Shown here piece after piece: positions 18,535 through 28,269 of a stretch of 64,000 nucleotides of DNA. The notes beneath the pieces are model-generated. The model made no database searches, had not been told where the DNA came from, and worked only from the letters and a program-made list of their open reading frames with translations. Numbering within the stretch: the stretch's first letter is position 1; each line of letters begins with the position of its first letter. The translations under genes were made by a program, and so were the position numbers. The stretch spans positions 279,230 through 343,229 of IMG/VR virus record IMGVR_UViG_3300049001_000044. One strand, written 5' to 3'.

Positions 18535-18831
18535 TTACATGTCACGAATGATGGCAAGAACGTCTGCTTCAGCCATGATGGTGAAGACTTCGCCTTCAAC
18601 CTTCACTTCTTGGCCAACGTTCTTGGCGAAGATCACAGTGTCACCTGCTTGAACTTGCAGTGGCTTCACATTGCCGTTCTTGTCTTCACGGCCTGGACCG
18701 ACTGCAATCACAACACCACGGTCAGGGCGTTCGCTCGAAGTGTCGGGGATGTACAGACCACTTTCGGTCTTCTTGACGGTGTCTGCTTTTTGGACTACGA
18801 TGCGGTCCAGGATAGGATTGATTTGTGCCAT
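18535..18831 (-). CDS. groES: Co-chaperonin GroES
   Basis: PILDRIVV, TESGLYIP mobile loop, AVGPG. Confidence 0.95.
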   Translation of the reverse strand: MAQINPILDRIVVQKADTVKKTESGLYIPDTSSERPDRGVVIAVGPGREDKNGNVKPLQVQAGDTVIFAKNVGQEVKVEGEVFTIMAEADVLAIIRDM

Positions 18832-18834
18832 TTC

Positions 18835-19188
18835 TTATTCCTCAATGCTGTTGAATTGTGCGGATGCGGCGATGGAAGTGTTCAGCATCAGCGCTTCCAG
18901 GGCCATTTCCATTTTCTCGATCTCTGCCTTCTTCTGATCAAAGTTGTTGTTGAAGAACAGGGAGACCAGAGTCATGAACATCTTAGGCTCGATGCCAAGC
19001 TTCTCAACTGCGCTCTCCTTCAGCGTCTTGATCGACTCTTGTTCATCGAGGATTTTGGTCTTGCATCGCACTGCTTCGTCGACATAGTTCTGGAGTTTTG
19101 CACGATCGGACGGGTTGTTCAGAATTTCGTGGACATCACGGAACTTCGAAGCTTTCTTACCGGTCGTTGTGAGTTGATTCTTGGCCAT
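18835..19188 (-). CDS. dsDNA-binding protein (T4 DsbA-like)
   Basis: Helical ~115 aa; IKTLKESAVEKLGIEPKMF pattern. Confidence 0.55.
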   Translation of the reverse strand: MAKNQLTTTGKKASKFRDVHEILNNPSDRAKLQNYVDEAVRCKTKILDEQESIKTLKESAVEKLGIEPKMFMTLVSLFFNNNFDQKKAEIEKMEMALEALMLNTSIAASAQFNSIEE

Positions 19189-19272
19189 CTAAATTTCTCC
19201 TAAAATGAGGTGGTGCTTAACTATGAAATTGTAATTTGCTAGCCATCGTAAAGTTACTTCGGCCTGCCTGAC

Positions 19273-19635
19273 TTAGATCGTATTACTGAGGGAGATGTGC
19301 GCGCTAATGGAGTAAAGAATCTCTTCAGTCTCTTTGTACTCTTTCGCCTTCGCCACATAGAGTCGTGCGACTTGCTTGTCGGCAAACTCAACCTTCTCTT
19401 CGTCTCGATCGCGGAATTTGGATACGACGATGAATTGCTCGTCGCTGACTTTGTTCAGCAGCGCGCACAGCCGATGCATGAGGCCTTGAAGCTGGTTTAG
19501 GCACTCATCATAGGTTGGGTAGTAGTGTGAGGTGATGATCATCTCGGCCGCGTTTTTGGCAATGGAAACCAGGGGCTCCACAGCAAGGAGCCGGCAGCTC
19601 TTAGAGAGCCGAGCATTGTAGATGTATTTGGACAT
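19273..19635 (-). CDS. Hypothetical protein
   Basis: 120-aa ORF. Confidence 0.65.
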   Translation of the reverse strand: MSKYIYNARLSKSCRLLAVEPLVSIAKNAAEMIITSHYYPTYDECLNQLQGLMHRLCALLNKVSDEQFIVVSKFRDRDEEKVEFADKQVARLYVAKAKEYKETEEILYSISAHISLSNTI

Positions 19636-19637
19636 GG

Positions 19638-20189
19638 TCAGTGCAGAGAAGCCGGTGTTGGTGGGATTTCTCGATGAGCAGACGTTGCACGGGTTGCTTC
19701 TTCCTCCATCATCTTTCCCTTCTCATCCATGTAGACGTTAGGGTTGATGGCGATTCGCATCTTGATCTTGTAGTTGGCTGCCTCTAACTGCATACGGACA
19801 GCAACGTAGTCGCCGAGAGGATCAAACCGTCGGGTGACGACTACTGGAAATTGGTTGTCTTCCTTCACCAAACTCTCTGCGTACTCTTCAGCGATCGCCT
19901 CTTGCGTCAACTGCTCTTCAGTGGGTTCGATGGTAGGAATCGAAGGGAAGAATTCAGGGTTGTAATCCACCGATTCGGTGTAGTCATCATGGTCAAGCTT
20001 GTTGTTCTCAAGCATGAAGTCGACTGCTTCTTGCCCTGCCGAAGCAGCCTCCATGTCGTTGGTGAAATCGTAAGAGCCGATGGTTACCCGCTTGACGCCG
20101 AAGTTTTGGCCTAACAGGAATTCCAAGCTCGCTGCTTCACCCTCCAAATCCAAGATGTAGAGGGCGGGCAGAATCTTGTTTGCGATCAT
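19638..20189 (-). CDS. Hypothetical acidic protein
   Basis: 183-aa ORF, coupled. Confidence 0.65.
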   Translation of the reverse strand: MIANKILPALYILDLEGEAASLEFLLGQNFGVKRVTIGSYDFTNDMEAASAGQEAVDFMLENNKLDHDDYTESVDYNPEFFPSIPTIEPTEEQLTQEAIAEEYAESLVKEDNQFPVVVTRRFDPLGDYVAVRMQLEAANYKIKMRIAINPNVYMDEKGKMMEEEATRATSAHREIPPTPASLH

Positions 20190-21250
20190 ACTGGTCCAAG
20201 AATTTTCTTGCTCGCAAAGCGTGCTTCTTCTGTGTCAGTCACAACTGCTGATGAGGATCCAACCGTGAAAAGATCGGTTGAGATGTAAGCCTCAGGTACC
20301 AGCATTAGAGGTGGGAACAACTCCGAGAGAAGTGCTTGGCTGGCGGTGAGTCTTCCACTATCGTGGGCCGTGTTGAAGTCATCCGATAGAATCGACTGAT
20401 CAACTACAAAGTTTAGGTACCTGTCGGTTGATTGGTAAGGGGTAGACGCGAGTAAGAAGAAGGCCTCATCGCTCACATCGTTCTTCACAACTCTAATCTT
20501 ACCAGCGGTCAGACCTGCGATTACGTCCGTGCTGTACAGGTACCACTTCGAAGTTCCACCATTCGCCTCAGCCTGCACGACGTAATCTATGTTCGACCAT
20601 GAACCACGAGTGAGGGATGGCAACAGGGTTTTGTTGCGCGTCAGGGTAAGAGTGCGAGTGGTAGTTGACTTTTCGGTATAGATGATAATATCAACGATCG
20701 CGCCAGCAAAAATCTGTGTCCTGAACGTGATGCGAGACGGCTCCAGAAGGAAGTCAGTCGTATCAACGCCATTCACCCGCACGGTGATTCTACCCTCGTC
20801 AATAGCCAGCTGGTCAAAGCGCAGGTTCTTGCCAACACTGTCCTTGCCAGAAATCAGCGTAGTGCTGGCGGAGGGCTTGAATTGATACTGCTGATAGGCG
20901 ACATCGCCCACTCTCTTCTGCTCTAGCGAGATGGTGAGCTGGGTAGGAAGGGCAGTTGGAGAGTCGCTTCGCACCGCCAACACCAAGCTTCCTGTCGCAG
21001 AGGTGGAGAGGGTAAAGTTTGGAGTGACAGATACTGCTCCAGCTTTGGCATGAGTCACGCCACGAGCATACCACTCCTCAACACCGTTCACTGCCTTAGT
21101 AGCAGTGGGTTGGGCGGTTTCTTTCGTTGGGATAAGCCTACCTAGGCAACCCTTTGTGATCGTGCAGCTGTCCGGCGTTACACGAAGGTTGTCCTTGACA
21201 AAGCTCTTGCTTCTTCGGCACGTGGTGCACTCGTAGTTTACGTAACTCAT
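20186..21250 (-). CDS. Putative virion structural protein with N-terminal Cys motif
   Basis: CTTC...C...C; beta-rich; GATAAATA at 21276-21283. Confidence 0.6.
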   Translation of the reverse strand: MSYVNYECTTCRRSKSFVKDNLRVTPDSCTITKGCLGRLIPTKETAQPTATKAVNGVEEWYARGVTHAKAGAVSVTPNFTLSTSATGSLVLAVRSDSPTALPTQLTISLEQKRVGDVAYQQYQFKPSASTTLISGKDSVGKNLRFDQLAIDEGRITVRVNGVDTTDFLLEPSRITFRTQIFAGAIVDIIIYTEKSTTTRTLTLTRNKTLLPSLTRGSWSNIDYVVQAEANGGTSKWYLYSTDVIAGLTAGKIRVVKNDVSDEAFFLLASTPYQSTDRYLNFVVDQSILSDDFNTAHDSGRLTASQALLSELFPPLMLVPEAYISTDLFTVGSSSAVVTDTEEARFASKKILGPV

Positions 21251-21286
21251 GATTTTCCAAATAGGTGGGATGGAATATTTATCCCA

Positions 21287-21478
21287 TCACTTACCCTCTA
21301 CAACCTCATACAGCTGCTCCATCGGCACCCACTTCTTCCAATCGAAGGTGTCGTCAACAGGCGTGATCTCGACAAGCGACATCTCACGTGGCGGCTTGCC
21401 TGGGACGGTGGTGACTCGTTTGACGGCCTTGCGACCCGTCAGCTTAACTTCGGTTCCATCAAACACAAATGTCTTCAT
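21287..21478 (-). CDS. Small hypothetical protein
   Basis: 63 aa with RBS GGAG. Confidence 0.65.
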   Translation of the reverse strand: MKTFVFDGTEVKLTGRKAVKRVTTVPGKPPREMSLVEITPVDDTFDWKKWVPMEQLYEVVEGK

Positions 21479-21523
21479 GCACTACTCCAAGATGTTGGCT
21501 GTCGAATGACAGCCTCCACCTAT

Positions 21524-21733
21524 TTACTTCTTCGCGTAGTGCTTTTCCAGACGAGCAATCGATCGACCAACCCATGCTAGACTCTGCTCGATGTCTTGCA
21601 TCGTATCTTGGAATTCCTTCCAATGTTTTTCCCAAATGTGGTCTGGCATCCGCATGTAGTCAAGGGGCTTTTCCTCCTTGACTTTCTTAACCTTCTTTGC
21701 AGGATCGCTCATGTCATCAACACCCATATCCAT
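21524..21733 (-). CDS. Small hypothetical protein
   Basis: Up to 69 aa; start uncertain. Confidence 0.5.
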   Translation of the reverse strand: MDMGVDDMSDPAKKVKKVKEEKPLDYMRMPDHIWEKHWKEFQDTMQDIEQSLAWVGRSIARLEKHYAKK

Positions 21734-21809
21734 AGGATTATAGCCGGAATCCAGAAAAGAATTCGATCCCTTCTGAATTTCCGATTGTGCTTCTCAATCT
21801 GCTCTTCGG

Positions 21810-22436
21810 TCATAGACCCAAAGCTTCTTTGACGAGCATACGAACCACTGCGCAGGTCTCAAGCGTCTGGCTTGCATCTTGCAGTGCGTCATGTTGACCA
21901 CGTTCGTTGAAGCCCATCGCCTCGAACAGGAGGTCTGACTTGAACAGGCCCATGGTGATAAAGCCCAGCGCTGAAGTGTCCAACACTACGTGGTGCATTT
22001 GGATCCATCCTTCGCTGTTGGTGGTGCGCTCTACACTGAACTCGATACCAACGGTCATCGTCAGCTGGTTGGTAAAGCGGCGGTCGAACTCAGGGTTGTG
22101 GCCCAAGAACATCACCTTGTTATCAGGACCCCAATATTTCAGGATTAGTTCGAGTAGGGCGCCTGCCGCTTCTTCCTGTGTGAAGCCATTCTCTTCCAGG
22201 TACTCACGGGTCAAACCATGGATCTTCTCTGCCTCAGGCGACCACTTGTACTTCGAGGCGTCGAACTTGATATCGATCTTCAGCTTCTCGACAGGGGAGA
22301 AGTCCTTCGTGCGGAACACGATGATACCAATCTGGATGCCTTGGTACTCAATCGATGAGTCCTTGCCCCATGCTGCGCCCGACGTTTCCCAGTCAACACA
22401 GAGGCCGAATTCCGGGGTTACTTGCTTAGTAGCCAA
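21810..22436 (-). CDS. DEDDh 3'-5' exonuclease (DnaQ-like)
   Basis: VDWETSG, GHNPEFD, HDALQDA; TTG start at 22436 with AGGAG RBS. Confidence 0.85.
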   Translation of the reverse strand: MATKQVTPEFGLCVDWETSGAAWGKDSSIEYQGIQIGIIVFRTKDFSPVEKLKIDIKFDASKYKWSPEAEKIHGLTREYLEENGFTQEEAAGALLELILKYWGPDNKVMFLGHNPEFDRRFTNQLTMTVGIEFSVERTTNSEGWIQMHHVVLDTSALGFITMGLFKSDLLFEAMGFNERGQHDALQDASQTLETCAVVRMLVKEALGL

Positions 22437-22621
22437 ATTACTACTCCTAAAGTGTAGATGATTAGCATGTGACTCGCGCATGTTGGGAGGCTGTTCATCC
22501 AGCGATAGGGTAATGGCTTCGTCGTGATGGCTTGACACAGTAGCGCAGGCCAGATCAATAAGACGGTGATGGCCATACCAATAGACCAGATGATGTTCCA
22601 TCCAACGGCGCGAGTCAGCAT
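22418..22621 (-). CDS. Small membrane protein
   Basis: Hydrophobic N-terminal helix; fills gap between genes. Confidence 0.45.
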   Translation of the reverse strand: MLTRAVGWNIIWSIGMAITVLLIWPALLCQAITTKPLPYRWMNSLPTCASHMLIIYTLGVVIWLLSK

Positions 22622-22622
22622 G

Positions 22623-23207
22623 TTAGTCTTGTTTCATACGTTCGATCACCTCAACGAGACGGTAGTCGATGTGAATGGATTCGATGATAGCGTGAGGAAG
22701 ACCGCCACCCACAACGAAGTCTTCGACCTCCTTGGCGTGGAACTCTCTACTCGCTTCATCAGCTCTGTTCGCTTCCGCAACGAATGGGATTTCTTCGCGG
22801 ATAGGAACGATCAGTTGGCGTCGATACATTGTGCCTGCCAGATAGCGGCACGTTGCTTTGTAAGCGGAGAGGCGGTCTTGATCAACCTTTCCACCTAGAC
22901 GATTCGACCACAGCTTCGCATAGCCCCATAAATCTGCAGGGGTACGATCAACTAAGGTGACGATGCCACTTTTGGTAATTTGCAGATCGCGATCATACAT
23001 TGCTTGCATGATCGCATCTTGCAGGGCCCACATATTTTCTTCGGACTCCTGCGCGTACTTCAGGGAGTCCCAACCCAACACCGCTTGCGCAGTGCGAGAG
23101 AGTTGGGTATCTACCACAGGGTACCCGGCAGCTTTCACGGCTTGTAGAATGGTGCTCTTTCCGGTACCATGGGTACCGCAGAGACCGACGACGGATAGTT
23201 CTGTCAT
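22623..23207 (-). CDS. P-loop nucleotide kinase/ATPase (thymidylate kinase-like)
   Basis: GTHGTGKST, LVDRTPAD. Confidence 0.75.
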   Translation of the reverse strand: MTELSVVGLCGTHGTGKSTILQAVKAAGYPVVDTQLSRTAQAVLGWDSLKYAQESEENMWALQDAIMQAMYDRDLQITKSGIVTLVDRTPADLWGYAKLWSNRLGGKVDQDRLSAYKATCRYLAGTMYRRQLIVPIREEIPFVAEANRADEASREFHAKEVEDFVVGGGLPHAIIESIHIDYRLVEVIERMKQD

Positions 23208-23683
23208 TTGCCCTCGTAATCTTTTGCTTCGGCGCAGTTCAAGCCATCCACATTCGGCCAGACATGAGTGAAGTCGCCGTCAGGAATGTTGGTGAGGAAC
23301 CACGTCTTGTTGGATTTGATGTGATAGAAGGTTGGGCCCCTCAGGAAAAACCAACCATCCCAGTTGTCATCATCGGTATCCTTCTTATCGAAGAGAATGA
23401 AGTAACCGTTGCGATCTTCGAGATAACAGATCTTCTGCGTCTTGTACTCACGGAAGAGAGCTGCATAGGCATCATCCAACGTCAGCTCATCTTCCTTCGG
23501 CCCCAGCTCCTTGGCCTGCACTGCAGCTTCGACCTTCACCGTCTTCTCGCTGTAGCGACCATAGATGAGAGTGATGAGGATCAGGATCGAGACAATCACG
23601 ATAGCTGCTGCCGCGAACATGTTTACATTCTTGTACCACGGCCGCTTGATCGGAGGTTCGTAGTTGGGGTTGTTGTAGCTCAT
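23204..23683 (-). CDS. Single-TM membrane protein
   Basis: TM helix AAAAIVIVSILILITLI. Confidence 0.7.
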   Translation of the reverse strand: MSYNNPNYEPPIKRPWYKNVNMFAAAAIVIVSILILITLIYGRYSEKTVKVEAAVQAKELGPKEDELTLDDAYAALFREYKTQKICYLEDRNGYFILFDKKDTDDDNWDGWFFLRGPTFYHIKSNKTWFLTNIPDGDFTHVWPNVDGLNCAEAKDYEGK

Positions 23684-24288
23684 TTTGCCAGGTCTTTCGA
23701 TTTGAGGAAGTCGACGAACTCAAACAGCTCGTCAGTTTCTTGGATGAGATACTTCGCGCCGGACGTCGGCTCAATCCACTCGTAACGTACCACGCCATTT
23801 TCGAACTTGCGACGCAGATTGAAGATGTAGTCAGGCAGAACGACCGCGACTGCAGTCATCAGACCGCCCAGTGAATCTTCATCTTCATGGAAGGGCGCGA
23901 AGGGGAATCCACTCTTCTCAGCCAACACCAGTGCCTTCTTGATGTCCACGTGACGGCCGCCGTTCAGCGTGATGTAGGTTTTGTAGTTGTCGGCCCAGTC
24001 AGCAACCATTTCGGTGTGACGAGGTTCAACGGCTGCCATTGGGTGAACGTACTTGCGGATGATGTCCACAGATGCGTGGCCGGTTTGGATGCCCTGCTGG
24101 ATCGAGCTGAGGTAGAAGTTGACGAAGGCGTACAGACGCAGCTCAGGTTTGTACGTTGGTTCCGGACCGGCTTCGTCCTCTTCCTTGTCAAGGACGACGA
24201 AGCCGGCGTCTTCGAGAGCCTTGCGCAGTTCCGCAGGGGTTATCTCTTCCAGCTTCTTCATCGCGTATTCGAAAAATGCTTGATTCAT
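23680..24288 (-). CDS. Pth2-like (peptidyl-tRNA hydrolase II fold) protein
   Basis: IQTGHA, KTYITLNGG, FHEDEDSLGGLMTAVAV resemble the Pth2 QxxHA/KxVL/TA motifs. Confidence 0.5.
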   Translation of the reverse strand: MNQAFFEYAMKKLEEITPAELRKALEDAGFVVLDKEEDEAGPEPTYKPELRLYAFVNFYLSSIQQGIQTGHASVDIIRKYVHPMAAVEPRHTEMVADWADNYKTYITLNGGRHVDIKKALVLAEKSGFPFAPFHEDEDSLGGLMTAVAVVLPDYIFNLRRKFENGVVRYEWIEPTSGAKYLIQETDELFEFVDFLKSKDLAK

Positions 24289-24296
24289 AGTTCTCC

Positions 24297-24455
24297 TTAG
24301 GGTGAGATTCGATGTTGTTTGTATTTGCGGAGGCCGCACGTCTGGCATTCCCGCTCTTGAATGAACGAGTAGCCTTTCACCGCGCCAGTGCGTGAGCTAA
24401 TGATTTCAGTTTTGTGGATGGTGCTCCAGCGGCCCCAACTATGGAAGTGAAACAT
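24297..24455 (-). CDS. Small CxxC protein (52 aa, not in track)
   Basis: AAGGAGG RBS; ...RECQTCGLRK; early-type promoter 24478-24509 upstream. Confidence 0.6.
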   Translation of the reverse strand: MFHFHSWGRWSTIHKTEIISSRTGAVKGYSFIQERECQTCGLRKYKQHRISP

Positions 24456-24506
24456 GTTGCCTCCTTATCATACAGCTATTGTAGCTTGATGGCAACCTCA
24501 ATGAAA

Positions 24507-25856
24507 CTACGTCCTGCCCACCAACATGTAGCGATCATATTGGATGAACGTCCTCGTACCCTCATACAGAACTTCCGAAAGATTGAGTGCTTTACGGAGT
24601 TCATGTGAGTTGTTGACGCATGAGACGTGCCCCTCGCCTTGAAGGTAGTTGTTGTTCTGCACAATGATTAGCTTTCCAGCGGGAATCTTCTCACGCCATG
24701 CAGGGATATTTGGGATATGTTCTGACGAAGTGTTGATGATGACGTCAAACTGCGAGTAGTCAAGTTGGTACATGTCCATCGTCATCGTACCAAATCCTTC
24801 GTAGTCGTAATTGAGTTTTTCAGCGATACGATTGGCGCGCGGATCCAAGTCTATCGACGTCACCTTCAATGACAGCTCCTTACAGTGGAGCATGAGAGTG
24901 AGGGTACCGATCCATCCACCAAGAATTGCAACTCTACTTCCCTTCTCCAACACGCCTTCATCTAACATCGACTGAAGTCTCTCAGCCAACCACATCTTGC
25001 TGAGGATTTGCCCATCTGAAATTGCATCCCTAATCTCAGTCAATGGAAGATTTCCCAACACGTAGGGATCGTATAGCGCGCTAGCAATTCGGGTGGTGAA
25101 GAAGAATTCTTGTTTCATTGGATGGTCAGGTGCTGGAGTTGGATCTTTGATAGGATCAATGGTTGGGTCGGTCGAGGGAGCTTCGATCAAATCACCTAGC
25201 AGTTTAAGCATGAAGTCATGGTCATTGATGAACATGAGATCAGCATTTTTCTCTGCCTCCTTCACACCTAATTCTGCGGCTTGCCTGATGATGTCGCTAA
25301 AGTCGCAAGGGATTGGATTCAACCATCTCTTCAATCGATCCTCGGCTTCCATTCTAACGAACTTCGGCTTAATAGGATCCTGTGTTGTCCTCCACAACTT
25401 TGCTGCCTCCCTAAATGCGCCGCGGGCACTACGATAGTGATCGCTGTTGAAGTGAGTGGTGCAGACAGTTTGCGGGATAACCTTGATGTCCTTCGTCAGA
25501 GTCGTGGTGAAATCAAGCTGAGATTGGACGTTCTTAAAGAAGGCCTTGTTGAATAGCTTGACGCCACCGTACCCATAACTAATGCCTAACGCAGGGTTCA
25601 TCGCGTACCAGACATGGACATAGTTCTCATCACCCTCTTTAGGCTTGTAGGAGAAGTCGAAGGTGGGATGAATAGTGGCGTCAGCATCGACCACGTAGAA
25701 GAACTTGGTGAGAGCTTTCTTCGAGGCGGCAATGTGAGCGTTGGCGATACCCTTTACTCCGTGGACACGGCGGGCATGAGGAAAGCGAGCCTTCAACGCA
25801 GCGAAGTTCTTGTCTGCGTTGGGCTCGTCGTATGAGATGAAGATGATGTCTAGCAT
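24507..25856 (-). CDS. Fusion of GT-A-like glycosyltransferase and class I SAM methyltransferase
   Basis: N-terminal VVDAD (DxD), paralogous to 43578-44501; C-terminal AILGGWIG, SIDLDP, IINTSSEH; CGTAAATA at 25861-25868. Confidence 0.7.
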   Translation of the reverse strand: MLDIIFISYDEPNADKNFAALKARFPHARRVHGVKGIANAHIAASKKALTKFFYVVDADATIHPTFDFSYKPKEGDENYVHVWYAMNPALGISYGYGGVKLFNKAFFKNVQSQLDFTTTLTKDIKVIPQTVCTTHFNSDHYRSARGAFREAAKLWRTTQDPIKPKFVRMEAEDRLKRWLNPIPCDFSDIIRQAAELGVKEAEKNADLMFINDHDFMLKLLGDLIEAPSTDPTIDPIKDPTPAPDHPMKQEFFFTTRIASALYDPYVLGNLPLTEIRDAISDGQILSKMWLAERLQSMLDEGVLEKGSRVAILGGWIGTLTLMLHCKELSLKVTSIDLDPRANRIAEKLNYDYEGFGTMTMDMYQLDYSQFDVIINTSSEHIPNIPAWREKIPAGKLIIVQNNNYLQGEGHVSCVNNSHELRKALNLSEVLYEGTRTFIQYDRYMLVGRT

Positions 25857-25878
25857 GCCGTATTTACGGCACGTAGAA

Positions 25879-26124
25879 TCACGGTAGGAAGTAGATGTAC
25901 TTGGAGTCGATGCTCGTGACGTTCGTGTCGGTCATCGACGCCTTGTTCTTCAGGACACGGCCATCAGTGGAATCGGTCATGCGAGACAGCGTACGATCGA
26001 CGAAGGCCTTTGGATAGCGACGGCCCAGCTGCGTCTCGACGATGTGATGGAGCTGATTGCTGTCAGAGCGGACAGTGGTTTTCAGTGCGTTGATAATGAT
26101 GGATGGAACAGTTTGCTTTGCCAT
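25879..26124 (-). CDS. Small basic hypothetical protein
   Basis: Start MAKQTV; downstream of promoter 26159-26190. Confidence 0.6.
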   Translation of the reverse strand: MAKQTVPSIIINALKTTVRSDSNQLHHIVETQLGRRYPKAFVDRTLSRMTDSTDGRVLKNKASMTDTNVTSIDSKYIYFLP

Positions 26125-26158
26125 GGTGATACCTTTCATCGAAGTTAGTTAACGTAAA

Positions 26159-26190
26159 ATTTTAGAACGTAGGAGGTGCTCGAAAAACTG
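26159..26190 (-). promoter_or_regulatory. Early-type promoter CAGTTTTT-N18-TAAAAT overlapping element E2
   Basis: Motif match with exact spacing. Confidence 0.65.
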
Positions 26191-26251
26191 CGTGTAGTGG
26201 CTGTCAACAGCTTTGCATGGAGGTCTCTGAGCACCTCTGGTAAGTCCCAGC
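26171..26251 (-). repeat. Dispersed element copy E2
   Basis: Minus strand GCTGGGACTTACCAGAGGTGCTCAGAGACCTCC...CTACA...GAGCACCTCC; begins right after the yqeY-like stop. Confidence 0.75.
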
Positions 26252-26683
26252 TTATTGCTGCTTCAACAGCTCGTCGATGATCTGCGAAGCCAGCTTACCG
26301 TCGAACTTGCCTGCGAAGTTGTCCTTCAGGTACTTCATGCAGGTACCTTTGTTCAGCTGCAGACCAGATGCAGCCAGCGCATCCATGATCTCCTGGCCAT
26401 TCATTTGTTTCGGCAGATAGGCAGACAGAATCTTCTTCTCTTGCTCCATCGTCTCAGCACTGTCGTACGACCTTTGAGCGTAGAGGATAGTGAGGGTGTC
26501 ATCAACACCCTTGATGAATTTCTTGATGACTTGAATGACCTCTTGGTCGTTCGTCTCGCGGTTGCCGTCGTTTTTACCGATGGTTGCCGCCTCACCGATC
26601 AGGGTGGTGAGCAAAGTTGCTTCTGCCTTGTTGCCGTTCTTTCGTGCTTGCAGTTGGTCTGCTTTCAGTTGTTGCATCAACAT
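26252..26683 (-). CDS. GatB/YqeY domain protein
   Basis: LKADQLQARK...EKKILSAYLPKQM. Confidence 0.85.
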   Translation of the reverse strand: MLMQQLKADQLQARKNGNKAEATLLTTLIGEAATIGKNDGNRETNDQEVIQVIKKFIKGVDDTLTILYAQRSYDSAETMEQEKKILSAYLPKQMNGQEIMDALAASGLQLNKGTCMKYLKDNFAGKFDGKLASQIIDELLKQQ

Positions 26684-26685
26684 GA

Positions 26686-27804
26686 TTAGTCCTTTTCTTT
26701 CAGTAGGAATTTGTTCGAGATGGTCTTGAAGGAGAACAGGCCGTCCATACGCTTGTAAACCAGACCTTCACGGATTGGGTGAGTGATGGATGGACCTTCG
26801 GCTTTTGCCAGCAGGTCTTCGATGGTTGTGCCAGCTGGAATCTTAAACTCTTGTTCCAGGATAGGGACGTGCTTGAAGTTCTTACCCATCTGGAAGTTGT
26901 GAGTGATGATCTCAAACAGCTGCCACCTTGCTTCCGGCGCCATGTATTCCTGGCGATCGATGTCGAAGATGTCGAAGACGTGGAACTCGAAGTCCTTCAG
27001 ATTCTCCCTGTTGCCTTGGATACCAGGACCCATCAGCTCGCCTTGAATTGCGATGTTGCGGCCCAGATTCTGCAGCATGTTCAGCACACCAGTGGTAGTG
27101 GCGGTCTTGATGAGGGTGTTGTCCTTGTTGTCCTCGTTTACCTTCAGTTCCAGGTTACGCGAGCAGACACCGACTTCACCGTTGAAGTGGTAGATGGTCA
27201 GCGACGAGCCATCCAGCTTCATCGTGACTTCGTACTCTGCTTCATTGTCGTTCACGACGTTCGGCATATTCTGAACGCGCTCTTGATCAGTCTTGCGAAT
27301 GAACGACGGGAACATACCCTTCACTTGACCAACCAGCTGCGGCGGGATCGGCGGTTCCCACTTGACAACACCCAGCAGTTCAGCGAAGTCTTGCTCGCGG
27401 ATGGCAGTCAGATGTTCGCCAGCCTTGGCGACGACATCGTTCAGATCAGCGCACGTACCGAAGTCAGGGATAGTGCTGATGATGTGCCGTGCGATCTCAG
27501 GGAACTTGCGCAGTGGGATCGAGAAGCCTTGGCTGACTTGACCACGCAGCTTGATGGTGCGCAGACGGTGGCCACGCTTGCCTTCGTACTCCCTCCCTGC
27601 CTTGTCGACCAGGTCTTGCCAACGTTCATCACCATCTGGCAGGAAGCTGTCGATCTCGAAGTAGACCGCGAAGTCACCTTGCTGGTAGTTGCCTTTCTGG
27701 CTTACGACGTTCCAGCCTTCAATGGTGATGCGCTCGATGCTGTCGGCACCTTCGATGGGATTTACCGCCGACACTTGGCGGACTGTTACCAGTTTACGTG
27801 TCAT
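26686..27804 (-). CDS. RNA ligase, Rnl2/DRB0094-type
   Basis: FPSFIRKTDQER, TMKLDGSS, QGELMG, REGLV, FKTIS; likely start MTRKL. Confidence 0.9.
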   Translation of the reverse strand: MTRKLVTVRQVSAVNPIEGADSIERITIEGWNVVSQKGNYQQGDFAVYFEIDSFLPDGDERWQDLVDKAGREYEGKRGHRLRTIKLRGQVSQGFSIPLRKFPEIARHIISTIPDFGTCADLNDVVAKAGEHLTAIREQDFAELLGVVKWEPPIPPQLVGQVKGMFPSFIRKTDQERVQNMPNVVNDNEAEYEVTMKLDGSSLTIYHFNGEVGVCSRNLELKVNEDNKDNTLIKTATTTGVLNMLQNLGRNIAIQGELMGPGIQGNRENLKDFEFHVFDIFDIDRQEYMAPEARWQLFEIITHNFQMGKNFKHVPILEQEFKIPAGTTIEDLLAKAEGPSITHPIREGLVYKRMDGLFSFKTISNKFLLKEKD

Positions 27805-27814
27805 GTTGTTTTCC

Positions 27815-27967
27815 TTATTTGATTTCGATATCGTGGATGTCGCCACCCATGTCTTCAGCCAGAATGTGGAGAGACTCCTTCACCATCTCCATGTTCGCAT
27901 GGTAGTTTTCGTCGGCGAAGAATTCTTCTGGCAAGCAATGGATGGTGACGTACAGTTTCAGTTCCAT
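27815..27967 (-). CDS. Small acidic protein (50 aa, not in track)
   Basis: MELKLYVTIHCLPEEFFAD..., coupled. Confidence 0.55.
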   Translation of the reverse strand: MELKLYVTIHCLPEEFFADENYHANMEMVKESLHILAEDMGGDIHDIEIK

Positions 27968-28269
27968 TATTTGCTCCAGCTCTTCCAATCATGAGGACAG
28001 ATGTCCTGCACTGGGCATTGATCGCAGTACCAGTCGTCGTGGTAGTAGTGCTCACCCTTCGCTTTGGCTTCTGCTTCATAGGTGAGAATGCAGCCCCATG
28101 GCTTGATGTTTTCGGGGTCACCCTTCCTACCACCCCAACCCCAGTCAACCGGCATTGTGTCGCAGATCTTGGTGCAGAGCTCTTGGAGCTTTTTCCCCTG
28201 CATGTCCAAGTGCAACTTCTGCTTTTCCTTCAGCGCATCGTACTCTTCTTGTGTGAGGATGTACTGCAC
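27967..28269 (-). CDS. Cys-rich hypothetical protein
   Basis: WGC...YCDQCPVQDICP. Confidence 0.7.
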   Translation of the reverse strand: MQYILTQEEYDALKEKQKLHLDMQGKKLQELCTKICDTMPVDWGWGGRKGDPENIKPWGCILTYEAEAKAKGEHYYHDDWYCDQCPVQDICPHDWKSWSK

